Assembly: GCA_965262615.1 (NCBI GenBank)
Contig: OZ253545.1
Coordinates: forward strand, 864,001-928,000
DNA: 64,000 nt
Source: Alphaproteobacteria bacterium
GTDB lineage: Bacteria > Pseudomonadota > Alphaproteobacteria > GM7ARS4 > G965262615
Direction: 5' to 3'
Positions 39,164-50,111 of the stretch are shown here, one piece after another. Position 1 is the stretch's first letter. Every line of letters starts with the position of its first letter. The translations under genes were made by a program, and so were the position numbers. The notes beneath the pieces are model-generated. The model was given only the letters and a program-made list of their open reading frames with translations. It made no database searches and was not told the DNA's origin.

Positions 39164-41720
39164 GGGCAATGTCTTTATGCGGGCGCGCGATCTTCGCGCT
39201 TCCTTTGTTGATTATTTTCGCACCGCCCGCCACGAGGCGATGGATGCCGCCTCCATCGTGCCCCATGGCGATGATTCGTTGTTGTTCACCAATGCCGGCA
39301 TGGTGCGTTTTAAGGATGTGCTGAGCGGCGCGGTCAAGCCTGAATGCTCGCGCGCGGTGACGGTGCAGCCGTGCATTCGCGCGGGCGGCAAGCATAATGA
39401 TTTGGATGAGGTGGGCTATACCACTCGCCATCATACTTTTTTTGAGATGCTGGGGAATTTTTCCTTTGGCGACTATTTTAAGGAAGAAGCCATTGAGCTG
39501 GCGTGGGAATTGTTGGTGCGTGAATGGGGCGTGGATAAGAAGCGTTTGTTTGTCACCGTGCATGAAAAAGATGAAGAAAGCCGCGAATTGTGGCGAAAGA
39601 TTGCTGGCTTGCCCGAGAATCGTATTCATATAATCTCTAGTGATGATAATTTTTGGTCAATGGGTGAAGTGGGACCCTGCGGTTATTGCACCGAGATTTT
39701 TTACGATTATGAAACAGGGGACGGAAAGGTTGATGCTCGCGGCGTGAGCGGCAATCGCTTTGTGGAGATTTGGAACTTGGTTTTCATGCAATACGAGATG
39801 ATGAGGGATGGCTCACGGCGCGACTTGGAACGGCACGGCGTTGATACCGGCATGGGGCTGGAGCGCATCGCCACCGTCATGCAAGGAAAACGCGAAAACT
39901 ATGACACAGATGAATTGTGTGCCATCATGAATCATATTTCTGAGCGAAGCAAAAATTGGAATAAAGTTTCGTCATTGTTTGCGGTGGATGAAACGGTTGC
40001 TCTCAAGGTGATGACCGACCACCTACGGGCGGCGTGTGCGTTGCTGGCGGCGGGGGTGATTCCTGACCGTGAGGGTCGCGGCTATGTGTTGCGCCGCATC
40101 ATGCGGCGCGCCATGCGTTACGCCCATGGCATGGGAGCGAATGGCAGTGTGCTGCATGAATGCTTGGAATTTGTGGCAAAGACGATGGCATCGTCACTGC
40201 CACAAAAATACGACATAATTGAGATGGCGCGCTGTGTGCGCGAGGAAGAAGAGCAATTTGCCAAGACATTAACAAGAGGGCTTTCTTTGTTGCAGGACCA
40301 GCTGGCACTATTGCCCAAGGACAATCCACAATTGAGTGGCGAGGATGCCTTTAATCTCTATGACACCTACGGCTTTCCCTTGGAGGTGACGCGCGATGTC
40401 ATGCGGCGTGTGGGTGGCACGGTGGATGAGGAGGAATATAAGTATTACATGGACATGCAAGCTAGAGCCAGTCACAAGGAAAATGACCTTGTTGCATGGG
40501 CGGCAGATTTTGCCAAGACGGAATTTCGCGGTTATGACCAGCACGAGTGCGAGGCAACGGTGCTGGGAGCAATGGAGTGCAAAAATGGAAGCACTGCTGT
40601 GGTTTTGGATGCCACAGTTTTTTATGGCGAAAAAGGCGGGCAAACGGGCGATCGCGGGCGTATTAAGAATGAGAAGGGGGATGTTCTGTGCAGGGTGTCA
40701 GACACTCAAAATATTGATGGAGTGATTGTCCATTTGGTAGCAAGGGTTCAACAGCTGGACGCGAGAGCAAAAGTGAAAGCGATGATTACAGAGGATTATC
40801 GTCATGGCTTGTGTGTGCATCACACGGCAACTCACTTATTGCATGAGGCGTTGCGGCAAAAGCTGGGCAACCATGTGGAACAGCGCGGCTCGCGAGTGGC
40901 ATATAATGGCTTGCGTTTTGACTTTTCGCATTCCAAGCCTTTGAGTGAGGATGAGGTGCAAGCGATTGAGCAAGAGGTCAATAAACAGATAAAGCTCAAT
41001 CATAAAGTTGAAACCGAAGAAATGCCCATTGAAGAGGCGCGTAAGAAAGGCGCGCGCGCTTTATTTGGTGAAAAATATGGCGATGTGGTGCGGGTAGTGG
41101 AAATGGGGGATTCAAGAGAGCTGTGCGGCGGCACTCATGTGAGTCACACAGGGGCTTGCCAAATTTTTAAGGTGACAGGAGGCGGGGGTGTTGGGGCAGG
41201 GGTGCGCCGCATTGAGGCGGTGGCATCACATAAAGCCGTCAAGGAATATGAGAGGGGTATTGAGATAGGGAAACAATATGAGAAAGAAAAAGAAGAAAGA
41301 AAAAAAGCAGAAGCCGCGAATCGTCAAGCTATGCAGGCAAAAAGATTATCATCAATTGGCAATGATGATGTGCCAATAACGCCTGTGCGCGATGGCTGGG
41401 GATGGGTTCATCAAAATTACGATGAAGCATCCACTGCCGAATTGCGAGCCCTTGCGGACGCATTGAAAAACAAATTGGGAAACAAACAACTGATTGTGAG
41501 CGTCATGTCGCAAGATAAGAAACGGGTTCATGTGGTGGTGACAAGAACTGATGATGTGTCAATCTCTGCGGTGCAGTTGCTCAAACAAGCTGTTGCGCCG
41601 TTTGGTGGCAGTGGTGGCGGCAGAGATGATTTTGCTCAAGGGGGAATTCCTGATGGCAAAAAATTCTCAGAGCTTGAAAATGAGCTGAAAAAAATAATTA
41701 CCAGTTATGAAGGACAATAA
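39156..41720 (+). CDS. alaS: Alanine--tRNA ligase
   Basis: LLFTNAGM, RHHTFFEMLGNFSFGDYFK, DTGMGLER, HHTATHLL, ELCGGTH and GGGR motifs. Confidence 0.97.
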   Translation: MAEGNVFMRARDLRASFVDYFRTARHEAMDAASIVPHGDDSLLFTNAGMVRFKDVLSGAVKPECSRAVTVQPCIRAGGKHNDLDEVGYTTRHHTFFEMLGNFSFGDYFKEEAIELAWELLVREWGVDKKRLFVTVHEKDEESRELWRKIAGLPENRIHIISSDDNFWSMGEVGPCGYCTEIFYDYETGDGKVDARGVSGNRFVEIWNLVFMQYEMMRDGSRRDLERHGVDTGMGLERIATVMQGKRENYDTDELCAIMNHISERSKNWNKVSSLFAVDETVALKVMTDHLRAACALLAAGVIPDREGRGYVLRRIMRRAMRYAHGMGANGSVLHECLEFVAKTMASSLPQKYDIIEMARCVREEEEQFAKTLTRGLSLLQDQLALLPKDNPQLSGEDAFNLYDTYGFPLEVTRDVMRRVGGTVDEEEYKYYMDMQARASHKENDLVAWAADFAKTEFRGYDQHECEATVLGAMECKNGSTAVVLDATVFYGEKGGQTGDRGRIKNEKGDVLCRVSDTQNIDGVIVHLVARVQQLDARAKVKAMITEDYRHGLCVHHTATHLLHEALRQKLGNHVEQRGSRVAYNGLRFDFSHSKPLSEDEVQAIEQEVNKQIKLNHKVETEEMPIEEARKKGARALFGEKYGDVVRVVEMGDSRELCGGTHVSHTGACQIFKVTGGGGVGAGVRRIEAVASHKAVKEYERGIEIGKQYEKEKEERKKAEAANRQAMQAKRLSSIGNDDVPITPVRDGWGWVHQNYDEASTAELRALADALKNKLGNKQLIVSVMSQDKKRVHVVVTRTDDVSISAVQLLKQAVAPFGGSGGGRDDFAQGGIPDGKKFSELENELKKIITSYEGQ

Positions 41721-44346
41721 TTCTCTTTTTGATGACGGTGTTTCCGCCACTCCGGTGATGGCGCAATACTTGGCGACCAAATCACATCATCAAACCGCGT
41801 TGCTGTTTTTTCGCATGGGGGATTTTTACGAGTTATTTTTTGAGGATGCTGTTCAAGCCGCCGAGGTTTTGCACATTGCTCTGACACGGCGGGGACGCTA
41901 TCAGGGCAGGGATATTCCCATGTGTGGCGTTCCCGTTCATGCGGTGGATCATTATGTGTCCAAGTTGGTGCGTCTGGGCATGAAGGTGGTGATTGCCGAA
42001 CAGATGGAAACCGCCGAGGAGGCAAAAAAACGCAAAAGTTTGATGAAGCGCGAGGTCACCCGCATCATCACCGCCGGCACACTGACCGACGAGAAACACC
42101 TTGAGGACAATCGCCATCATCATCTGGCAGCCATCGGACGCAGTGGCAGCAGCTATGCGGTGGCGTGGATGGATGTCTCAACGGGGGCGTTTTTGGTGGA
42201 GGAATGCGGCAAAAAAAACAACGATGCCATCACCACCCTGCAGGCGAGCCTTGCCCGCATTGAGCCGTCCGAATTGATTCTGCCCATGGGGTGGATGTCT
42301 CTGCCGCTCTGGCAATCGGTGATGCTGGAATGGCGCGATGTCATCACTTCTATCGCCGATGCCCGCTTTGAGAAAAAAAGGGCAACTCGCGCCCTGCTGG
42401 CACTGCTGGATGTCAAACAGCTGGATGCCATTGGCAATTTTTCCGATGCGGCAACATGTGCGGCGGGAGCGGTGGCATCCTATGTGCAAGAGACGCTGTG
42501 TGGGCAGAAATCGTTCGTTCAGCCGCTCCGTCATGACGACCGCTCATTGTGCATGGCGCTGGATGGCATCACCATGCGTCATTTGGAATTGTTTGCCACC
42601 GCCAACGGTGAACGCAAGGGCAGTCTGCTCGCGGCGGTGGATAAAAGCGTGACGGCGGCAGGCGCACGGCTCATGGCATCGGTCATCGCCTCGCCGCTCA
42701 GCAACAAGGATGCCATTGAACAAAGACTGCAGCGGGTGGATTGGTTTTTGCACCATCCCGACCACCTCCAATGGGTGCGGCGATGCCTTAAGGGGTGTCC
42801 TGATGTGGGGCGCGCCCTCAATCGCATCATTCTGCACGCCACGCGCCCTGTGGATTTGGGACTCATTCGCGATTGCCTTGCGGTGCGCGCGTCTTTGGTG
42901 GCGTTTTTCATGGAGCATCGCGCGCCCGAGACAATCGCCAATTTGTTTCCCCACAAAAACACGCTGGATGAATTGCATCACGAGTTACGCAATGCCCTTG
43001 TGGATGAACCCCCTCTGCAATTAAAGGGTGGCGCGGTCATCAGACAAGGTTATCGGGAGCATTTGGATGAAGTCACCCACGATTGCCGTGAGTGGCAGCG
43101 CAAAATCAAAGAACTGGAACTGCGCTACAGCAAAGAGACGGGAATCAAGGGGCTCACCATTGAGATGAATGACAAGGTGGGAACTTTTATCAAGGTGAAT
43201 CACGCCTCAGCGCACATTTTGAAAGAGCGAGGGTTTGTGCGTTTGAGTGCGGTCAAACAGCATGCGCGTTTTGTCAGCGATGAACTGCTCAATCTGCAAC
43301 GCCAATGGGATTATGCGGCGGAACGGCGTGAGACAATGGAGCGTGAGATTTTTTCTGAATTGCGTGAACAGGCGGTGCGAGCATCTCATGATATTTCTCA
43401 TCTGGCGCAATCATTGTCGTGGGTGGATGTGGCGGCGGCGGTGGCGACCTATGCTCAACTGCACGATGGCTGTCGCCCGCAGCTGAGCGATTCCAATGAA
43501 CTGCACATTGTGGCGGGACGCCATCCCGTGGTGGAGCAGTCACCCTTGGAGGACGGCGGCTTTGTTCCCAATGATTGCCATTTGCAAGATGATGATCGCA
43601 TGTGGCTTTTGACGGGTCCCAACATGGCGGGCAAGAGCACATTTTTGCGCCAGAACGCGCTCATTGTCTTGATGGCACAGGCGGGATTTTATGTGCCCGC
43701 CAAACAAGCCCGCATCGGATTGGTGGATCGCCTGTGCTCACGGGTGGGCGCGAGCGATGACCTCATCAGAGGACGCTCCACCTTCATGGTGGAAATGATT
43801 GAAACCGCCGCCATTCTCAATCAGGCAACCCATCGCAGTTTTGTCATTCTTGATGAGGTGGGGCGCGGCACCGCCACCCATGATGGACTCGCCATCGCCT
43901 GGGCGGTGCTGGAGCATCTGCATGATATCAACGGCGCGCGTGCCATCATTGCCACCCACTATCATGAATTGGTGATGTGTGGGGAGTCGTTGCCGTCTTT
44001 GTCGGTGCATCGCATGACGGTCAAGGAGTGGGAGGATGGCATTATTTTTCTGCGTGAGGTGGCAGCGGGTGCGGCAAATGCCTCATACGGAATTCATGCG
44101 GCGAGCCTTGCGGGACTGCCCCAAAGTGTCACCGAGCGAGCCTTTGCCCTCATGACCGCATGGCACGAAAAGGGTGATGTTGTCGCCATTGCGCCTGCTC
44201 CGCCGCCGCAGACTTCCAAAAAGAAGGACACCAATGCCGCCGCCATTGTGCGCGCTCTGGCAGACACCAATCCCGACCAACTGACACCCAAACAAGCGAT
44301 GGAACTGTTGTATCATCTCATATCGTTGCTGCCTCGCAATGAGTAA
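41707..44346 (+). CDS. mutS: DNA mismatch repair protein MutS
   Basis: TPVMAQY, FFRMGDFYELFF, TGPNMAGKST, STFMVEM and DEVGRGT motifs. Confidence 0.97.
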   Translation: MKDNNSLFDDGVSATPVMAQYLATKSHHQTALLFFRMGDFYELFFEDAVQAAEVLHIALTRRGRYQGRDIPMCGVPVHAVDHYVSKLVRLGMKVVIAEQMETAEEAKKRKSLMKREVTRIITAGTLTDEKHLEDNRHHHLAAIGRSGSSYAVAWMDVSTGAFLVEECGKKNNDAITTLQASLARIEPSELILPMGWMSLPLWQSVMLEWRDVITSIADARFEKKRATRALLALLDVKQLDAIGNFSDAATCAAGAVASYVQETLCGQKSFVQPLRHDDRSLCMALDGITMRHLELFATANGERKGSLLAAVDKSVTAAGARLMASVIASPLSNKDAIEQRLQRVDWFLHHPDHLQWVRRCLKGCPDVGRALNRIILHATRPVDLGLIRDCLAVRASLVAFFMEHRAPETIANLFPHKNTLDELHHELRNALVDEPPLQLKGGAVIRQGYREHLDEVTHDCREWQRKIKELELRYSKETGIKGLTIEMNDKVGTFIKVNHASAHILKERGFVRLSAVKQHARFVSDELLNLQRQWDYAAERRETMEREIFSELREQAVRASHDISHLAQSLSWVDVAAAVATYAQLHDGCRPQLSDSNELHIVAGRHPVVEQSPLEDGGFVPNDCHLQDDDRMWLLTGPNMAGKSTFLRQNALIVLMAQAGFYVPAKQARIGLVDRLCSRVGASDDLIRGRSTFMVEMIETAAILNQATHRSFVILDEVGRGTATHDGLAIAWAVLEHLHDINGARAIIATHYHELVMCGESLPSLSVHRMTVKEWEDGIIFLREVAAGAANASYGIHAASLAGLPQSVTERAFALMTAWHEKGDVVAIAPAPPPQTSKKKDTNAAAIVRALADTNPDQLTPKQAMELLYHLISLLPRNE

Positions 44347-45864
44347 TTTTCTGGCGCGCCATAGCATCACGGTGGGCTCATGGACGCTGGTGAGTCGCGC
44401 ACTTGGTTTTTTGCGTGATGTGGGGATGGCGATTTTTTTCGGCACTTCGTTTGTGGCGGATGCGTTTTTGGTGGCATTCAAACTGCCCAATTTGTTTCGC
44501 CGTTTGTTTGCCGAAGGGGCATTGACGCAATCATTCATTCCCATTTTTCAGAGTGTTTGGGGTGCTGATGGGCGCGCTCGCGCTCGTGCATTTGCCTTTG
44601 CCTCTCATTGTGGGCGGTGGCTTTTTGTGTCGTTGTTGCTGCTGGTGTTGCTGTTTGAATACGCCATGCCACAGGTGATGGATGTGCTTGCCCCTGGTTT
44701 TTCTGCATCGGATGCCCGTCTGCCACTGACGATTGATTTGGCGCGCTGGCTGTTTCCTTTTTTGTTGCTATCGGCATTGTCGGCGTGGCTCTCGGCATTG
44801 CTCAATGTGCTGGGACACTACGCGTTGGCGAGTGCCACCTCTGTTGTTCTCAATGCCATGATTTTGCTGGTGTTTGGCTATCACTGGTTGGTTGGTGATG
44901 GTGAGGCGGTGACGGTTGCCTATCATGTTGCCTATGGCGTGCTGGCGGCGGGAGTGATGGCGGTGGTGCTGTTGCTGGTGCGCGCTTATGGACTTGGGTT
45001 TCGCCTGTCTTTTGCCAAAGAATGGTCACTTCTCAAACGCATGATGCGGCTGGCTGTGCCGGTGGCTTTGGGCGCGGGGGTGTATCAATTGGGCGTTTTA
45101 TTGATGTGCTGCTTGCCACTTTGTTGCCGCAAGGGTCGGTGTCTTATTTGTATTATGCTGACCGTCTGGCTCAGCTGCCATTGGGAGTTGTGGGAGTGGC
45201 TTTGGGAACGGTGCTGTTGCCAGAGCTGGCTCGTCTAATTCGAGAAAATGACACGCAAGACGCACAATTGATACAAAATCGCGCGCTGGTGTATGGTTTT
45301 GTCTTGGCAATGCCCGCGGCGGTGGCTCTTGCCGTGATTGCCGAGCCTTTGATGGTTGTCCTCTTTGTGCGCGGCGCGTTTGATATGACATCAGCCATGC
45401 AAAGTGCCGCCGCCCTGCAAGCCTTTGCGCTGGGAATTCCCGCTTTTGTCTGGGTTAAGGTGTTTGCGCCCGCTTTTTTTGCTCGTCAAGAAATGACCGC
45501 CCCCGTCATCATTGCCGTTGGAGCTCTGTGTGTGAATGTCGCACTCAGTCTCTCCTTGATGGGCGTGTTCGCCCATGTGGGATTGGCGTTGGCGACCTCT
45601 GTGGCATCGTGGTTGCAGGTGGGATTGTTGCTGTTGGTCTTGAAACGGCGGCGATGGTATCACATGAGCCGTTCTGTGGTGTGGCTCTGTGCGCGCATCA
45701 CTCTTGCCAGTGCCATCATGGGAGGCATGCTTGTCACCATGCAGCAGCAATGGAGTGAGACTCTGTGGTATCATTTGCCCTTGCTGGTGTTTGCTGGTAT
45801 TACTGTGTATCTCTTGTTTCTTTTCATCACGGGGGTGACGAGGTTGCTGTCTCATGAGTCATAG
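44339..45864 (+). CDS. murJ: Lipid II flippase MurJ, split by a 1-bp frameshift near 45096-45099
   Basis: ORF 44339..45238 has SRALGFLRD and [13 protein letters not shown]; ORF 45022..45864 has YADRL.QLPLG. Adding one T to the T4 run gives GVYQLGVFIDVLLA and a 508-aa protein. Confidence 0.88.
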
Positions 45865-46243
45865 CGTTATTTTCTCAGGCGTGCAGCCCACTGGACAATT
45901 GCATCTGGGCAATTATTTGGGTGCGATTCGTCACTTTCCGCCTCTGCAACAAAAGGGGCAGTGTTTGTTTTCCATCGTGGATTTGCACGCCATGACGGTG
46001 CATCCATCGCCACAATCTTTTTATGACTGTGTGTCTCTTGTTTCTTTTCATCACGGGGTGACGAGGTTGCTGTCTCATGAGTCATAGCGTTATTTTCTCA
46101 GGCGTGCAGCCCACCGGACAATTGCATTTGGGCAATTATTTGGGTGCGATTCGTCACTTTCCGCCTCTGCAACAAAAGGGGCAGTGTCTGTTTTCCATCG
46201 TGGATTTGCACGCCATGACGGTGCATCCATCGCCACAATCTTT
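45798..46243 (+). repeat. About 223-bp direct tandem duplication of the murJ end and trpS start
   Basis: Copy 1 about 45798-46020, copy 2 about 46022-46243; about 6 differences; creates a truncated trpS ORF 45854..46087. Confidence 0.93.
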
Positions 46244-47072
46244 GAAGGAGGGAATCATGGAAGTGGCGGCGGCCTATATCGCCGCGGGAATTGATGTCAA
46301 ACGCTCCATTGTTTTTGTGCAATCTGATGTGGCTGAGCACAGTCGGTTGCAGTGGTTGCTGGCGTGTCATACGCCGCTTGGGTGGCTCAATCGCATGACT
46401 CAATTCAAAGAAAAGGCAGGCAAAAAACAGCAAAACGCCAATCTTGGACTCTACAGCTATCCTGTGTTGATGGCTGCCGATGTGTTGCTCTATCGCGCCA
46501 CCCATGTTCCTGTGGGTGAGGATCAAAAACAACATTTGGAACTGGCGCGCGACATTGCCTCTGCCGTCAATGACCATTATCAGCAGGATTTTTTCCCATT
46601 GCCCGAGCCTCTCATTGGCGGACACGCCACGCGAGTGATGTCCCTCCGAGATGGCACCCGCAAGATGAGCAAGTCGGAAGCCTCTGACCAGTCACGCATT
46701 CACATGACCGATGATGAGGATGCCATTGTCCATAAAATTCGCCGTGCCAAGACGGATGCCTATCCATTGCCCGCCGTGGGAGAGTCGCTGGAGACGCGTC
46801 CAGAGGCGAAGAACTTGCTCACCCTTTATGCGGCGTTGAGTGAGCAATCATGGGATGCGGTGTGTGCCCAATGGCAAGGCAAGGAGTTTTCACAGCTCAA
46901 GGCGGCATTGACCGACCAGGCGATTGCGCGCCTTGCTCCCATTCACCGACAGATGCGCCGTCTGCTGGAAGATCGCGCCCAATTGGAGCACATTCTTGAT
47001 GATGGGGCTCAGCGCGCCCGAGCAATGGCTCACGAGACGATGGAAAAATTTCATCAGCTGCTGGGGTTATAG
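46077..47072 (+). CDS. trpS: Tryptophan--tRNA ligase
   Basis: [32 protein letters not shown] and KMSKS motifs. Confidence 0.97.
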   Translation: MSHSVIFSGVQPTGQLHLGNYLGAIRHFPPLQQKGQCLFSIVDLHAMTVHPSPQSLKEGIMEVAAAYIAAGIDVKRSIVFVQSDVAEHSRLQWLLACHTPLGWLNRMTQFKEKAGKKQQNANLGLYSYPVLMAADVLLYRATHVPVGEDQKQHLELARDIASAVNDHYQQDFFPLPEPLIGGHATRVMSLRDGTRKMSKSEASDQSRIHMTDDEDAIVHKIRRAKTDAYPLPAVGESLETRPEAKNLLTLYAALSEQSWDAVCAQWQGKEFSQLKAALTDQAIARLAPIHRQMRRLLEDRAQLEHILDDGAQRARAMAHETMEKFHQLLGL

Positions 47073-47077
47073 GAATC

Positions 47078-48097
47078 GTGTTTGCCATTGATTTGCCCAT
47101 TGCTCACATGACGGTGCCCGTGCCTTTGTTGTTGCTGCTGGGATGTGGGGTGGGATTTTTGTCCGGCATTTTTGGTTTGGGAGGCGGATTTCTCGCAACG
47201 CCATTGTTGATTTTTATGGGGATGCCGCCCGTGGTGGCGGTCGCGAGTTCTGCCAATTATATCGTGGGGGTGTCCCTGTCGGCGATGCTTTATTATTGGC
47301 GGCGCGAACAGGTGGATTATCATATCGCTGCCATTATTATTGGCGGCGGCATGGTGGGCGCGGCGGTCGGTGTGGGACTGTTCTCTGTGTGGCAGAAAAG
47401 TGGCGCAATTGATTCCATCATTGCCTTGAGTTTTATTGTTTTGCTCAGCTTCATTGGATTCATGATGGCGTGGGAGAGCGCAAGAGTCATTCGCCACCGT
47501 CTGCCAAGAAAGCGTCCGTCACGCTTGTTGCCTCTTCACTGGTTGCATCCGTTGCCATTCAAGGTGCGTTTTCGTGCGTCACGCATTTACATCAGTTTTT
47601 TGTTGCCATTATTGTTAGGGTTTGTGGCGGGAATTTTTGCCGCCCTGCTGGGAATCGGCGGCGGATTGCTGCTTGTCCCCGCCATGATTTATCTTTTGCG
47701 GATGCCCATGCGCCTGGTGGTGGGAACTTCATTGCTCTACACATGTGTCATTGCCACCATGGTGACGCTTTTTCACGCCATGTCTCATGAGGCGGTGGAT
47801 ATAATTTTAGCAGGGGTCTTGATTATTGGCGGTGTGGTGAGCGCGCCGTGGGGCAGTCGGCTGGCGCATGTGATGTCGCCCCAGTATGCCCGTGCCATTA
47901 TGGCGGTCTTGTTGCTGGTGGTCGCTGTGCAATTTGCCTTTGATTCCATGATGCCCACCGGGCATAGAATTGTTGACCTGCAGACCCATCCTTTGCAGGA
48001 GTTCGCGGTGCACCATCCTCTGCTCTATGGCGTGGCGGCGGTGATGATGGCGGTCAGCCTGGCATGGCTTGCCGATTGGCTCAGCAAAAAAGAGTGA
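47078..48097 (+). CDS. TauE/SafE (TSUP) family membrane transporter
   Basis: GFLSGIFGLGGGFL.TP and LLGIGGG.L.VP repeats; multi-TM. Confidence 0.88.
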   Translation: MFAIDLPIAHMTVPVPLLLLLGCGVGFLSGIFGLGGGFLATPLLIFMGMPPVVAVASSANYIVGVSLSAMLYYWRREQVDYHIAAIIIGGGMVGAAVGVGLFSVWQKSGAIDSIIALSFIVLLSFIGFMMAWESARVIRHRLPRKRPSRLLPLHWLHPLPFKVRFRASRIYISFLLPLLLGFVAGIFAALLGIGGGLLLVPAMIYLLRMPMRLVVGTSLLYTCVIATMVTLFHAMSHEAVDIILAGVLIIGGVVSAPWGSRLAHVMSPQYARAIMAVLLLVVAVQFAFDSMMPTGHRIVDLQTHPLQEFAVHHPLLYGVAAVMMAVSLAWLADWLSKKE

Positions 48098-48141
48098 AGC
48101 CGTCTCTTGAGTATAAGGAAAAAAAGCCATATAATAAGGTT

Positions 48142-48708
48142 ATGTTTATTCAGACCGAAGCCACGCCCAATCCTGTGACCCTGAAGTTCATTCCCGAAGA
48201 GCCCGTTCTGGCTCGCGGCACGGCGGACTTCACCGATGCCAAATCCGCTGCGGCATCTCCTTTGGCGGCGCGTCTTTTTTCCATTGAGGGGGTGTGTGGT
48301 GTCTTTTTGGGGCGTGATTTCATTTCGGTCACCCGCACGCAGCCCATGGAATGGCAACACCTCAAAGCCGCCATTTTGGAGGCGATCGCCGCTCACTATG
48401 CCTCTGGTGATTCCATCATTGATGAAGCGGCACAAGAATCTTCGGTTGCTCCTGATGAATCATTGAGCGAGGGCGACAGCGAGGTGGTGACGCGCATCAA
48501 GGCTTTGCTGGATGATCGCATTCGCCCCGCGGTCGCCATGGACGGCGGTGATATTCGCTTCAGTGGGTATGACAAGGGCATTGTTTATTTGCAAATGCGC
48601 GGCGCATGCGCCGGATGTCCCAGCTCCACCGCCACCCTGAAGGCGGGCATTGAAAATATGCTACGCCACTATGTGCCCGAGGTGCAAGAAGTGCGGGCGA
48701 CAATATAA
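48142..48708 (+). CDS. NifU/Nfu1 family Fe-S cluster carrier
   Basis: MFIQTEATPNP..LKF, IRPAVAMDGGD and GACAGCPSS motifs. Confidence 0.93.
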   Translation: MFIQTEATPNPVTLKFIPEEPVLARGTADFTDAKSAAASPLAARLFSIEGVCGVFLGRDFISVTRTQPMEWQHLKAAILEAIAAHYASGDSIIDEAAQESSVAPDESLSEGDSEVVTRIKALLDDRIRPAVAMDGGDIRFSGYDKGIVYLQMRGACAGCPSSTATLKAGIENMLRHYVPEVQEVRATI

Positions 48709-48714
48709 ACGATT

Positions 48715-50028
48715 TTATAAGTCGTCAAAAGAATCTTTGGTGGCAAGCAGAGGTTTTGACCTTCTTTTGCTGGTGCTGCGCCATTCAATGGCGGCAATCG
48801 TGCCACAGTGATGGCACACCGCCTGCCACTCCTTGTGATGCTCAAAACACGACCCACATTGCCATATGGGACGCGGCGGAGCTTGCGACATTTTCTCTCG
48901 CCATGACAAAGCCTCCTCAGCAATTCCCAGAGCCTCTTTGATTTGCACCATCAGCAAACAGCATCGCTCATCGGCGTTGCTGATGATGGGGGCAAGGGAT
49001 TTTTCCGCCTGTCGCCATAATCCCGCATCGCATGCCGTTTGTGCCAGTGCCAGACAACTCTCGGGATGGGTGGGGTGGCTGTGAGTCAATTGCTCAATGT
49101 GAGGCAGAAGAGCATCATTGTGGATGATGGAGCGGTAGCATTGATAAAGCTCGGGATGCGGCGCGGCGCGCCATGCGTTTTCAAGGCATTTTTTGGCTTT
49201 TTTATCCTCTCCATGCTCATTGAGGTGCTGTGCCATCATGCAGGCGGCGGCGGTGAGACGAGAATCCTTGCGCAGCGACTGTTTGAGCAAAGACATTTTT
49301 TCATCATCATCGGTGGTTTTGCAAGCCCGCTTGAATGAAATGATGGCGTGAAGGGGTGACATTTTTTTTGTGGGAAAGGCTTTATGAGCTTTTTCGTCCT
49401 CTAAAATGGCGGCGGCTTGTTCCCAATCCTCCTCCAAAATGCTCAGACGCAACAGATTGTGCCACGCCCACAGAGCATCGGGACGCTGATTGAGAGCATC
49501 ATGCAGATGATCAATGGCGGCGCGATAGTGTCCCGATTGCATGGCATCACGAGCGAGTCCTCGTCTTGCCAAAAAGCGGGTGTCCTGATGATGGGTCATT
49601 TCACTGTAATAATGACGCGCCGCCATGACATCACCCTTTTGATGCGCCAGCTGAGATTGCACCAACAAAAAAAGAGGCGAGTGTCCCAGATGCTGTTTGA
49701 GCTGGCGCGCTTCTTTCTCCGCCTCTTCAAGATCGTTCGCCGCCAGAGCCGTGAAGGCTTTGGTGAGTGCCGTCATGCCCTTGCGCCGTGATGACTCTTG
49801 ATGACGGCTGCGCCATTGCCCAGGGGTTTGCAAAAGCCACAACAAAAGGCGCGTCACAAAAGATGATGACAAAATCACCAGCAGCACAGCACCAAGGGCA
49901 AAGCCGATGGGGACGCTCACATCATAATCCAGCCAGTTGATGGCGACCGTGCCACTGGCGGTGGCAAGCCACATCGCGCCGCCAATCAGGGCGACCAAAA
50001 CAACAAATGCCACAACCCAATAAATCAT
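48715..50028 (-). CDS. HemY-family (heme biosynthesis-associated TPR) membrane protein
   Basis: Two N-terminal TMs, TPR-like helices, AWRAAPHPEL, C-terminal WQCGSC...W.AVCHHC; start set at MIYWVV. Confidence 0.82.
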   Translation of the reverse strand: MIYWVVAFVVLVALIGGAMWLATASGTVAINWLDYDVSVPIGFALGAVLLVILSSSFVTRLLLWLLQTPGQWRSRHQESSRRKGMTALTKAFTALAANDLEEAEKEARQLKQHLGHSPLFLLVQSQLAHQKGDVMAARHYYSEMTHHQDTRFLARRGLARDAMQSGHYRAAIDHLHDALNQRPDALWAWHNLLRLSILEEDWEQAAAILEDEKAHKAFPTKKMSPLHAIISFKRACKTTDDDEKMSLLKQSLRKDSRLTAAACMMAQHLNEHGEDKKAKKCLENAWRAAPHPELYQCYRSIIHNDALLPHIEQLTHSHPTHPESCLALAQTACDAGLWRQAEKSLAPIISNADERCCLLMVQIKEALGIAEEALSWREKMSQAPPRPIWQCGSCFEHHKEWQAVCHHCGTIAAIEWRSTSKRRSKPLLATKDSFDDL

Positions 50029-50111
50029 GGAATCAATTTTTTGGCAAATGGGGACACAGTCATGACCTTTGCTGTTTTCTATACCACATAAATAGTCTAT
50101 ATCATACAATC

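Noticed and set aside
45854-46087. Second functional trpS
   Set aside because: Only the first ~56 codons are present; it is a by-product of the tandem duplication.
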